Source: Selaginella moellendorffii (lineage: Eukaryota; Plantae; Lycopodiophyta). From it: a DNA stretch of 64,000 nt. Made by a program: the position numbers and the translations under genes. Of the stretch, positions 35,250 through 47,333 are shown one piece after another. Every line of letters starts with the position of its first letter. The first letter of the stretch is position 1. The notes under the pieces are model-generated. The model saw only the letters and a program-made list of their open reading frames with translations. It was not told the origin of the DNA and did not search any database. The DNA lies in NCBI RefSeq assembly GCF_000143415.4, contig NW_003314302.1, positions 1,529,208 through 1,593,207 of the forward strand, in the 5' to 3' direction.

Positions 35250-38085
35250 TCACTCAGCTGCTGAGTAGATGTTTGACATCAAAACATATCCAGCCGAATC
35301 GCTCTCGTCCAGCTTCACCAGAGCCTCAAACGCAAGCTTTCCCACCTCGACATTCTTCCAAGTCTGACACGCTGATAAAAGAGTCCTCCAAGTCAGTGCC
35401 GTTGCTTCATGCGGCATTGTCTTCACCATCTCGACTGCTTCGTCAAACCTGTTTGCCCGGCCGAGCATGTCGACCATGCAGTTGTAGTGCTCGAGCCCCG
35501 GTTCCATCCCGTGCCTGGACCGCATCGAGTGGAAAAACTTCTTGCCATCGTCGACGAGTCCGGCATGGCTGCAGGTGGTGAGAACCGAGACGAAGGTGGC
35601 GGCCGTCACTGCGACGCTCTCGTGATCCAATAGCATCTGATAGAAGAGCTCGAAAACACGCTCGGAGTCGCCTTGAAGGCTGTAGCACGATATCAGCGAG
35701 TTCCAGCTTAGCGAGTCCCTTGTGAGTCGCGAGTCGAAGACGTGCTGAGCTTGAGGGGCCTTGCCACACTTCCCGTAGAAATCCATGAGCAGCGTCTCTA
35801 GCGTCAGAGAATCCTCGAGCCCCCTCCGGCATGCAGCAGCGTGGAGAACTTTCCCGGCTCGCAAGTCGAGCAGCATCAGGCAGGCCCTGAAAGCGCAGGA
35901 AAACGTCCAAACTTTTGGAGAGCACTGATCTTCCACCTGCATTCGCTCGAAGAGTTCCAGTGCTGCCTTGGCCTCGCCGTTTTCTACGTGTCCCAGTATA
36001 AGAGCCGTCCAGGCCGAGACGTTCCGGCATGGCATGGAGTGAAAAACCACCCACAGCTCCTCCAGCCTACCACACCTCGCGTACATCTCCAGTAGAGCGT
36101 TTGCTACGGACATGTCCGACTCGCAATCCAGTTGCTTTCCCTGGCGATGCAAAGCTGTTCCTCTCTCCAAGCAGCTGGATCTCACGCCTTTCCCTGACTC
36201 GTCGGTGTTCCCTTCTTCTTTCGCGGCGATGTCGATGCAGGCAGTGAGAGCCGCTACTAAAGTCGTCGCGTTTGGAGCACATATGCCTTGAGCTTGCATC
36301 CGATCGTAAAACTCGAGAGCTCTCTCGCTTTCACCACCTTCCGCATGGCCGGTGATAAGAACGTTCCATGACGCCACGTCGTGGTGAGCCATGGCGTCAA
36401 AGACTCTGCGAGCGTCCTCTAGGCTCCCACACTTTGCGTACATGTCGATGAGAGAGGTGGCAATGAAGATATCCATGCTTCGCGACCGAGAGTGAATAGC
36501 CATCCCCTTTTCCAAGCTCTCCACCTTGACAAGCTGTTTTCCATCGATGAGCTGCCCGGTTTCTTTTCCAGCCAAGCTCGCGCAAGCCGTGAGAGCTGCC
36601 ACCACTGCTCGCTCGTCCGGCTCACAAGCTTCCGGACCGCTTCTCATCTGTGAAAAGAGCTCCAAAGCCAGCTCCGCCTCGGAGTTTAGCTCGTATCCGA
36701 CCATCATCGCCGTCCAAGTGATGACTGTCTTGCTCGACATGCTGTCGAAAACTCTGCGAGCTTCCACCACGCTGCCACACCTCGAGTACATGTCGATCAA
36801 GCAGTTTCCAACGAAGTTGTGCGAGTCACAGCCGTGCCGCCGAGCTACCGAGTGAACAGCCACACCCTGCCGCAACGCTTCCACCTTTAAGTTCATCCCG
36901 TCGATCCTGATTCCTTCTTCCTGTGCTGCTAAGTTCCCGCAAGCCAGGAGAGCCGCCATGACAGTTCTAGCGTTCGGTTCCAGCTGCATCCTATAGAAAA
37001 GCCTCAGAGCTTCGTCGTTCTCCCCGTTCTCCACATAGCCGAGAATGTAAACGTTCCACAAGCTCACGTCGGGGCGAGCTACGGTGTCGAAAACTTTCCG
37101 GGCTTGTTGCATGCCCCCACACTTTGCACAGAGAGCCACCAGAGCCGCGGCGACGAAGTTGTTTGCGTGAGAGCCAGCGCGGGAGTAAAGAGCCATGCCG
37201 CTCTCTAGAAACTCGAGCTGGCGAGCCTGGTTTCTGGTCGCCTGGTGTGTGTAGGCCATGAGCACCGCAACGAAAGTCCTGGAGCTCGGTGAGCATCGCT
37301 TGGAAGCTTGCATGGCGTCGAACAGCCGCAGAGCCTCTTCGCTGTTTCCATTCTCGACGTAGCCGAGGATGAGAGCGTTCCATGAAACCACGTCGCGGTG
37401 GAGCATATTGTCGAAAACTTTGCGAGCTTCTACCATGCTGCCACAGTTCGCGTACATGTCCACCAGTGCTGTGGCAACAAACAAGTCGGATTCGTGGCCG
37501 GCGTCGATGGCATCGCGGTGGATTTTTCGTCCTTTCTCGACGTCCTTGGAGGCGGAGCATGACTTCAATCCGGCCATGAACGCGCATTTTCTCTCGTGTT
37601 TTTGTGAGCCCGTCCTTGCTGAAAGTCCATTCGAATGCTGGAACACGAAGCACAGTTTTTCTTTGAAAATGATATAGGAAAAAGTGGTGAAACTCGACTC
37701 ACCTCTCTCGAGTCGAGCTCTTTTCTTGCTGTGGATTTAGTTGAGCTCTGTGATTCACAAGAGAGAGGTGAGAATTCAGAGCCTACAAGCTTATCTTACC
37801 TTCGTCTTTGTCCTCGTGGAAGCCAAGCTCTCATCCAGAAATTCGCTCGAGTGCTGCAAGGATTTCTTTCTCGTTTCGCCTTGTCCTTAAAAATCGTGTC
37901 TCAACATACCTCTGATGTAGAATATCCCGGCCTAGGAAACGCGCTCGGCTGGAAGAACAAGAACGAAGAATCCATTGCAAAAATCTTGACAGAAATCAAA
38001 ATGTAGCTACCTCTTCGATCCTGGAGGCGCCAGGAATGCTCAAAGCTGTTTTAGCGATGGCGCATTGTCGCGCAATGCGCCTCAT
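35250..38085 (-). CDS. PLS-class PPR protein with truncated E domain; main exon 35250-37637 plus four small predicted 5' exons starting at 38085
   Basis: P-L-S triplets (MYAKCGS..AR.VFD.M..DVVSW), EHYNCMVDMLGR, YVLMSNIY; 5' exons assemble in frame into an MRRIARQ.. presequence. Confidence 0.9.
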
Positions 38086-38199
38086 TCATTCCAAAGAAAC
38101 CTAAATGTGCCACGAACTGGGCTAAAACCCTCGAAGAACCCTAAAAGAAGGCACAAAATATATTCATTCGCACGAAAAACTTAGCCAAAACTCTCTTCT

Positions 38200-38960
38200 T
38201 CACTTCTTCTTCTTTCCTCCTCCGCCGCCCTTTTTCTTCCCGCCGCCGCCGCCGCCGCCACCACCACCGCCAACTTTCTTCTTCCCACCGCCGCCGCCGC
38301 CACCACCGCCACCTTTCTTCTCACCACCGCCGCCACCCTTCTTCTTCCCGCCGCCATCGCCGCCACCACCTTTCTTCTTTCCGCCACCGCCGCCACCTTT
38401 CTTTCCACCTCCATCGCCGCCACCTTTCTTCACTTTCTTCGCAGCGTCTCCGGCCTTCTTCTTTGCGGTTTCGAGCCCTTCTTTGGCAGTGTCCGCCACC
38501 TTTTCCACGACTTTCTTCACCTTCTTGGCGGTGCTCTTCACTTGATTCTTCATGTCGTGTTGGGTATTTCTCTTGCCTGGGAGAACTTTCTCTATCGTAG
38601 ACTTTGGTTTCGTGCTTTTGACGCGGCTGCATTCTTTCCCGTAGTTGTTTTTGCTCCCGCCACCCTCGCTCAGCATCTTCTCATCCTCGGGATCAGCCCT
38701 CTTCTTCCCCTGTTTGTGCATCACCACCATCGAAATCCAAGACAGTTAAATCGATTGGACATCGCCCATTAGAGAAACTTATCGAAGAGAAAGGAGAGAG
38801 ACTCGTTTACATATGGGCGATTGAGCAAGAGCTTCCTGAAATCTCTACAAATCGATGCCACTCCCGGGCTAGAGGCGGCGGTGGCGGCAGCGGCGGCAGT
38901 GCTGAGAGGATTGAAGCTGCTCAATTGGAACGGCGGTGGCGCCGATGATGCCAAGATCAT
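38200..38960 (-). CDS. Uncharacterised basic Gly/Lys-repeat protein; exons 38811-38960 (alternative ATG at 39035) and 38200-38709
   Basis: Phase-0 GT-AG intron 38710-38810 joins a Ser/Ala-rich leader to an amphipathic Lys-rich helix and a (G)nKKK repeat tail. Confidence 0.65.
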
Positions 38961-39273
38961 CACAGCATTTGCGCTGGTCGCTGGGGAGGACCGGCATCTC
39001 ATCAATTGGCCCAAAAGGCCCATTGCACTCCTCATCGCGATCTCTAGTAGTTCACTGGCAAACAATCTTTCCTCCGATCGATCGATCGATCGACGAACCG
39101 GGAACCAAATTTGAAGAGCGGCAAAAAAACCCGGGAGATTGTTAGGGATTTCAAATCAAAACCTTTTGCCACGTTGGCGTCGCCAAGATTTTTAACCCCC
39201 TTTTGCTTAACTTCTATTTTAAAGGCAATATAGGTTTGGATTAAAGCAAAGGGTTTTTTTCACTAGTTGTGAG

Positions 39274-40053
39274 ATGGCAAGCAAAGATTTTTCTGGACTG
39301 TTGGTTCTTGCAGACGCTGCAGCCTTGCAGCCAAGTTTCCCGAAGACATTTATCCTGAGAAGGAAGCGGTCTCCACGGAAATCCATGCTCTGGAGGGCTC
39401 TACTTTGGTTCACGGCGGATATGAGCACCAGCGAGCCCGATTCCAACGGCAAAAGACGAGTGATTAACCAGGAAGCTGGGCAGCTACAAGAGAAGAAACG
39501 AAGAAAGGTGGTGGTCATGGACGAAAGTCAAGGACTGGGACAAAAGGTAAAGATACTTAAGATGGGCGATCGAGATGTCGGTTCAAGGACTGATGAGTTG
39601 AAAGATTCCTCCTCCTCTGGTGAAGATGGCGCGATTCAGGCGGCGGGAGACACCAAGAAATCGAAGTGTCACAAGTGGAGACCCCGGAAACGCGAGGATC
39701 CTCTCGTCACCTGCGATCCATCTCGTTGGGCTTTATTATTTGGCAAGAAGCTGACCGCCAGCGACGTGAATAGCCTGCACAGATTGCTCATCCCGGTCAA
39801 GTACGAGTCGATGCTCCCGAATGAAAAGGTTCTCGTGGAATTTGTGGACGAAGAGGGCGGAGTTTGGGAGCTCCGGTGCAAGAAAGGGAAAACTGGGAGC
39901 CTGATCACAACACACTGGATTCATTACGTGAGGGAGCACTCGCTCAAGGAAGGAGACACCGTTCGTTTTTACAAGAAGGTTTCCTCGGCTGATCCTAAGT
40001 TTGGAATCTCATTTGCAAGAACTTCTGGAAAGGCAAAAGGTCCTTCATACTAA
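39274..40053 (+). CDS. B3 DNA-binding domain protein
   Basis: LFGKKLTASDV..RLLIP..DEEG.VW..W..YVREH.LKEGD.V.F; basic NLS-like stretches. Confidence 0.88.
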   Translation: MASKDFSGLLVLADAAALQPSFPKTFILRRKRSPRKSMLWRALLWFTADMSTSEPDSNGKRRVINQEAGQLQEKKRRKVVVMDESQGLGQKVKILKMGDRDVGSRTDELKDSSSSGEDGAIQAAGDTKKSKCHKWRPRKREDPLVTCDPSRWALLFGKKLTASDVNSLHRLLIPVKYESMLPNEKVLVEFVDEEGGVWELRCKKGKTGSLITTHWIHYVREHSLKEGDTVRFYKKVSSADPKFGISFARTSGKAKGPSY

Positions 40054-41417
40054 AGTTTGGGCCGCCTGGGTTTGAGAAAGATGCCAGCGATCTTCCCGTT
40101 AGCCCCCTTGGGGAAGAAAAATCCCGGTACCGAAGCGTCCCCTGTTCCGTACAAAACTTGGAGAACTTGCTGGGGCGATCTCGAGATGGCCATGGAGTAG
40201 TCATTCGCGGAGATCAAATTCCCGTTTACTTGCTTCTCGGCTCCACGGTTTTGATGCACACTCAAGCCCTCGTCGGCCTTTCTTGTGTGATCAAGCTTGT
40301 GCCGGAGATCCGAGACGAGGCTTGTCAACTTTGCGACTGTGACGTTGTACGGACGCAGCTTGTTTTCCATGATCTCGAAGAGCAATGTCCGGATCACTGC
40401 GTCCTGGCCGGCTTGGACTCCCATCAATCCGGAAACCAACTGTTTTGAAGAAACAAAGAATCTCTTGAAAATCTTCATTAAAACTAGTAATTCTTTGTTA
40501 CCTTTCGTGCTTGAATGCCAGTGACTCGATTGCTAGAATCTATGAGCGTGTTGAGACCAATGTACGGTATCACATATGCAGCAATGAGAAAGTTTGCGTC
40601 GTTTTCGTACGGATCAAAGTGCAAAGAACCACCACCATCAACTTCGGTGTGATTGTGAATGAGAGCCTTGCTGATGAGGGAATCCCACACTCCAACACTG
40701 ATGTTTAGCAAGGGCCGGCAAATTGATTGTTTGTCCAGCTTATCATGGATTGCCCTGTGTGGGAAACAGCTTTAGAAAAAAAGACTTGAGAGAAAGAAAT
40801 GTTAATTACCTGATATGACCTGTAGATTGGAGCCCAAGTTCTTTGGCAACATGCTCCATTCGTGTAGAGAGTCGAGCTTTGCGGCCTCCAACAGGCGGTG
40901 GCCCCTTCTTGGCAAGCTTTGCATTAACTTTGTCAAGCCCGTGTCCAAACGCTGCATGGAGGAAGAACTCGGCTTGGAGATAGTGAATGTTGAGAGCAAG
41001 GTTGATTCGATCGACATCGCTGGAGGTGAAGTTTACTGGCGGCGGTGGTGGCGGGCACAAAGGAGGCGGTGGCGGTGGCGGTGGCGGTAGCATTGGAGGC
41101 CACGGAAATGGAAAGGAGGGCCATGGAAAGTGCGGGATGATGTTATACCACCAGGGAAGTCCATCGTTGTCATCTTTTGCGAGTGATCTCGAGAGCCGGT
41201 TCAGGAAAATTTGATAGGCTTTCCAGAGCTCTTGGAAATCCTGGCTCGTGTTGTCGATGATCGAGTGTGGATGCTTGGGATGTTTCGAGTGCTTTCGATG
41301 GTGCTGTAGATCATGGTGGCCGTGATGAACCACTTGATCCTTCTGTGAACTCACAGCTGACGCACTAAAGCAATCGATCGAAAGCAGCAGCAGCAGTGGC
41401 AGGAATTTGCCAATCAT
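40050..41417 (-). CDS. Desiccation-related protein PCC13-62 family (ferritin-like); exons 40810-41417, 40502-40754, 40050-40439
   Basis: D.D..NLALN..YLQAEFFL.A.FG.GLD, FDPYEND.NFL.A.Y.IPY.GL, GL.GV.AGQDAVIRTLL, PG.FFPKGANG. Confidence 0.92.
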
Positions 41418-42051
41418 TTTGCCCGGACGACAGTTACTTTCAACTGACTGTGACCCTAAAGGATATCCAGGGATGTTTTAATCAAATTAAATCATTAAAA
41501 TGTTTATTTGTTCAAATTTCTTGCAAAAATGAGAGATGGGATGTCTTGGAACAAAGATATATATATTTTTATTACTATAACTTAAGTAAGTGTGTGAATT
41601 TTCATAGATCTTTGAGAAGTTCCTCCAAGTCGACCTTGTCCAATCTGAACTCTTCAAGTAGTTCTTGATTCATCACGAGTTCGTTGTCCACCTTTCTGGG
41701 TTCTCCAAGTTCAAAGAAACTTGCGTGATCCATCTGGGATCCTTCCAGATCCATCAACGCTGGAGGATACAGGGCGATCCTCTTGTGTGGAGAACGCTTC
41801 CTCTTGGTCGACCAAGTTAAACTCTTCGAAGAACGGGGACGTGGAGAACGCTTCCTCTTGTTACACCAAGTCGGCTTTAAGGAAATTGGGGATGGATGAT
41901 CAATCGAAGAACTCGAGTGAGAACCCATTGTCTTTCCTTCTGATCCCTTACCTTCATGGATTTATAGAAAACTAAACTACCCTTTGTGTTAATAACCACC
42001 TTTTTGCTTTGTTCCTTATTTTAAAAATAAATTAAATAAAATTTAACCGAA

Positions 42052-44903
42052 TTACCAATAGTCTCCACAAGAGCACGTCCCATTGTCAAAGTGATGGAAG
42101 CGATGGCTGTCTCTCACCACAATCTCTCTTCCCGTGATCTTGGAGATAAACTTGGTGGCAGTGTGACAGTCCCCACACACGCGCAAGTTCTTGATGATCC
42201 TCAGCGAAGTTCCCGGGGCCGTGCTGATCAACCCAAACGCAATCGCCAGCTTCTCGCTGTGATACGAGAGCAAGCGCTTCTTTTGCTCGTCCCCCACGTC
42301 GTGAAGCATGAGAGTGGTGTCTGGAGTGTATCCCGCCTTGGCCATCTCCAAGCTCAGCCTCTCCAGCTCCTCCAAGATCTCCGGAGTTCGAGCATTCGTC
42401 GTGTCCCCCGTGAAGAACTCGTGGACTCTTCGCTTCACCGCGATGGAGCTGAAAGCCGGCTCCTTCCTGATGTTCTTCTCGTACATGAGCCTCCGGATCT
42501 TGGCCCCCTCGTCCTTCTTCCCGACTTCGTCGTAGAGATTCGACAGCACCACGTACGCCGCGGAGCGATCCGGCGTGAGCTCCATCAAGTGCTCGGCAGA
42601 CTTTCTCGCTCGCTCCACGTCCTTGTGAACTTTGGAGGCTCCCAGCATCGTGGAGTGGATCACCCGGTCGGGCTTGAGAGGCGCCGCGGCTATAAACTTC
42701 TCGGCAGCATCGAGCTTCCCGGCTCTGGCTATGAGGTCCACCATGCAGTAGTAGTGCTCGGCTCGCGGGGAGATCGTCGGGAAGTCGTGGAGGAGCGACA
42801 CGAAGAGCTGGACGCCGTCTTTGACGAGGCCACCGTGGCTGCAAGCCGAGACGACGCTGACGAAAGTCACGTCGTTGGGAAGCTTGCCTTCGTGGTTCAT
42901 CCGCCGAAAGAATCGAAGAACTTGGTCCGCGTGGCCGTGCTGAGCGAAGGCCGATATCATCCCGTTCCAGGAGATCACGTCCGGCAGTGGCATTTTCCCG
43001 AACATCTTTCTTGCGAGTACCAGACTCCCCGACTTTGCGTACATGTTTAGAACCGCGTTCGCCACTGTCATGTTGCTCTCCAGCCCGGTTTCTCGTATGC
43101 GATCGTGGAGTAGCTTTCCTTCGGCGAGTGAGGCCTGTGCTGCGCAAGCCGAGAGAGCAGCGACGAAGGAGATTACATCCGGCATGAACCCGTGGAGCTG
43201 CATTTGCTGGAAAAGCAACAGTGCCTCGGAGGAGAGCCTAGGCTGAGCGGCGTAAGCTGTGATCATCGCGTTCCAGGACACCTGGTCTCGAGCTTTCATG
43301 GCTCGGAACACCCGGGACGCGTCGTCGGTGCTCTTGCAGCTCCCGTACATGTCGAGGATGGCGTTGTCCAGCATCACGTCGGCTTTGATACCGCTCTCGA
43401 CGATCCACGAGTGGATCATCCTCCCTTTTGCTAGAGCCTCCGAGGCAGCACACAACGGGAGAGCATTGACGAAACTGATCTTGTCCGCCTTTACGCCGTC
43501 GAGCTGCATCAGATGGAGGAGGTGGAGAGCCTCCGGATGCTGCGAGTGCTGGCCGTGAGCTGCGATGATGGTGTTCCACGAGATCACGTCCCTATGCTGC
43601 ATGGAGCGGAAAACCTCCACAGCTTCTTCCAGGCTTCCACACTTTCCATACATGTTGATGAGAGCGTTTCCTGCGTTGACGTGCCTGTCAAACCGGATCT
43701 CTCGCATGAAGCCGTGAATCATCCTCCCCTCTTCCAATCCTCTCGGCCCGGAGCAAGCGTTGAGCACCGCCATACACGCGATCCTGTCCAGCTTCACGCC
43801 CTCGAGCAGCATCACCTTGAAGAGCTCGAGAGCCTCGTCCCAGCGCTCGCGCTGGGTATACTGCGTGATCATCGCAGTCGCCAGTATCAGCTCTAGCCGG
43901 TGCCTCGAGAAAGCTCGGAAAGCTTGCTCTAGATCTCCACAGCTTCCATAAAAGTTGACGAGAGCAGTGGCGAAACTAGAGTCGTGTAGATGATCATGTT
44001 CTCTCTCCTCGACGCAAAGCTTGACGAGCTTTGCCACCTCGAGATCCTTGAGCTTGGAGCAAGCATCAAGCACTCCAATGAAGGTGATTCTCTCGGCCTT
44101 GACCCCTTCCAGCAGCATCGCGTAGAACACCTGGATTGCCTGCTCGTGATGATCTTGCTGCGCGTAGGCAGTGATCATCGCATTCCACTCTACCACCCTC
44201 TTGTGGCGAATCCCATCGAAAACTTTCCTGGCATCCTCCACGCTGCTACACTTCCCATACATGTGGAGCAACGTAGTGCTCACGTAGTGATCGCTCTCCA
44301 TCGCCGTTCCTCGCAAGACCCCGTGAATCCTTCTTCCTTCCTCGAGAAGCTCTGGATCAGCCGAGCAAGCGCCAAGAACAGCCACAAAGTTCCTGTTAAC
44401 CGGAGCCACCCCTTCCAGCTGCATCGATCGGAAGAGATGGAGCGCTTGCTCGCTATCACCGATCTGTCCGTGAGCGCGAATCAATCTCGCCCAGGTGAGC
44501 GCGTCCTGGACGGGCATTCGATCGAAGCACGCCTTGGCATCGATCAAGCTGCCGCAATCCACATACATCCTCACTAGCAAGTCGCCCATGAACGGCCCCC
44601 TGTCCATGGCGCTCTTGCAAATCCGTGCGTGGACCTCCTTGCCGAGATCTAGAGACCTGGAATCCGCGACAACGTCGAGGAGATCGGCGTAGATCCTGGT
44701 ATCGTCTTGCCGCTGCTGTGGATCTTCGTCTATCCATTTTAATCGCCGCTTGAGCCATGAATCTAGGCTGCCGGAGCTACCGAGAGCGCGATGGATGGAG
44801 ATGTGAGAGAGGAGATGATAGCCTAGAACACAATGCGAGAGCTGTGAGTCGATCGATCGATGGACAACGCACCTGTTCTTGCTTGCTGGAGCTGCGATAG
44901 CAT
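42052..44903 (-). CDS. PLS-E-DYW PPR RNA-editing factor; exons 44873-44903 and 42052-44822
   Basis: PLS array, E domain, HSEKLA and CGDCH zinc ligands, terminal CSCGDYW; a 50-nt intron gives an in-frame start. Confidence 0.95.
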
Positions 44904-44992
44904 CGGTTTGCCCTCATTGGTGATCGATCCATCCCTCTAGCGGCATTGCTTCCATGCCCTAGCTCTACCATTGCTCCCGCCCTAGCTCAAAA

Positions 44993-45002
44993 TTTAGGGT
45001 TT
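44993..45002. promoter_or_regulatory. Telo-box in the bidirectional PPR promoter (others near 4601, 10571, 23190 and 38137)
   Basis: TTAGGGTTT / AACCCTAA just upstream of the PPR, DUS and Toc75-like starts. Confidence 0.6.
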
Positions 45003-45075
45003 ATGGAGGAAGAGCTCCAGCGCCTTGGAATCCGTCGAGATCACACGGCGCCTCGATTTCCAGGAGATTCTGGGG

Positions 45076-46966
45076 ATGTTTTCAAGATCCTGGATTGTTC
45101 TTCCATCGCAGACACGGCGATTCTTGTGCGAGGCCATCCACGGCACGGCAGCGCAGGGAAATGTGAGTGATTTTCTTTGCTTGTTCTTCAAAGATTTTGA
45201 GATTCTTCGTGTTCCAGCGCCTAGATTTCGAGGGATCGATCACAATCAAGGACTGCATTGCCGGTTTGAAGGCCTGCGGCAGCTCTGGCGATCTCGAGCG
45301 AGGTAAGCAGCTCCATCTTGCCGCAAGGGAGGCTGGAATAGATTCAAACAAGTTCGTTTCTACCGCGCTGATCGTCATGTATGGTAAATGCAGCAGCTCA
45401 ATGCGCGAGGCTCGCCAGATCTTCGATGGGATGCTTCACAAGGATGTAGCTGTGTGGAACGCTCTCATCGCGGGATACGTGGAGAATGGTGAGAGTGAAG
45501 TAGCTCTGGAGATTTTCTCGAGCTTACAGTGCTGTGGTGTTCCAAATTCCAGGACTTTCGTGGCCGCGATCACGGCTTGCAGCGAGCTAGCCTCCAGAGA
45601 AGATGGTGCCAAGGGGAGAACTAGATGGCTAGAGAAAGGGATGGATTTGCACGCTCAAGCGAGAAGACAAGGCTGTGACTTTGCCAACCAGTTCGTTTCC
45701 AATGCCTTGATCGATATGTACGCGAAGAGTGGGAGCATGGCTGATGCGCGACGTGTCTTCGACAGGATGTCGGATCACACAGTGGTTTCGTGGACTGCTT
45801 TGATGCTGGGATACACAGAAAATGGAGAGGCTGGCTTGACTTTGGATCTGCTGGGGTGTATGGAAGGTCGAGGCTGTGAACCAAATGCAAGAACTTTCAT
45901 GGCTGGAGGAATGGCCTGCATAGCTTTGGCAGTCGAGGAGAAGATCAACGGCGAAGTTGTGAAGGTCAGGTGCTGCGAGCTGGGGGCCGGAATCCATTCT
46001 TTGGCCGTGAGAAGCAGAAGTTCCGACGTTTTTCTCGCCAACACTTTGATCGATCTTTTTTCAAAGTGTGGGAGCATGGTGAAAGCTCGAAGTGTCTTTG
46101 AGAAGATGCCGTGTCACAACGTTGTCTCCTGGACGGCATTGACGATCGGGTATGCTGAAAACGGTGAAGGGGAACAGGCATTGGAAAGTTTCTCACTCAT
46201 GAGGGCTACAGGTGTTCCACCGGATGGCCGTGCTTTTCTCGCAGCTCTCGTCGCCAGTGGTAGTGTAGCGGCACTCGGTGCTGGGAAAAGGATACAGGGA
46301 GATGTTTACAGATTTGGGATGGAGAAGGATGCGATTGTGCCATCGTGTCTTGTGGACTTCTACGGCAAATGTGGCTGCGTTCTCGCAGCTCGCCAGCTCT
46401 TCGACTCGCTCACTTCTGGAGCAGACTTGACGACTTGGAACTCTTTGATAGTAGCATACAGCCGACGAGGTGACACCACGCAAGCGTTCGAGTTGTTTCA
46501 CCGGATGGAAGACGAAGGTGTCCAGGCCGACGGTATCACCTTCCTGGCTCTCCTGTCAGCGTGCAGTCACGTTGGTCTTCTCGACAAAGGCCGACGGTGC
46601 TTCCATTCGATGCTCCCGGGATACAACGTGAGGCCTGGCTTGGATCACTACCACTGCATGGTTGATATCCTTGGGAGGGGCAACGAGCTCGAGGAAGCCT
46701 TGGCGTTGGTGAAGTCCATGCCTTTTAAACCAGATGCCTTGACATGGAGGACGGTTCTAGCTGCTTGCCGCAAGTGGAAGAATGTGGAACTTGGAAGGCT
46801 GGCCTTCGAGAGACTGGTAGAGCTGGATGGAAGTAATGGCGCCGCTTACGTGCTTATGGGGGCCATCTACGGCAGCACAGGAATGTGGGAGGAGCAAGCG
46901 AAGATTTTGAGCTTGAGAAACGTTGTTGAAGTGGAAAGAGCCGAGACAAAGCTTGTGAAGTCATAA
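45076..46966 (+). CDS. PLS-E class PPR protein; exons 45076-45162 and 45218-46966
   Basis: PLS repeats, DHYHCMVDILGR, AAYVLM; first exon MFSRSW..RRFLC resembles an organellar presequence. Confidence 0.92.
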
Positions 46967-47333
46967 ATCCTCGGGAAGCAGTGATGGAAAAGTCCCCACC
47001 CTTACGCCGCTCGGAACAAATCAGGCTGTGTTTCCTTTATGGTGCGTGTGCCATTACATCACACACGACGTGCTGGATGACCTCTGGCTCAACAGCTCGG
47101 AACTTCTCGTCTATCTCCGAAGCAGCATATCATGTGGTCTTTTTTATCTTTTCCATGTACTCACGATCGAGACCCGCGATTGAGACAAATGTTCGAGAGG
47201 CAATGGAACGCCACCATAACATTCGAGATACTGGTGCACGTATAGGCATAAGGTAAACGACTTATTATCTATGAGCTGACCAGCTTCGATTTGTTTGTGA
47301 GGTACAGGCACAGCCCTTGACTACAGGCACAGA

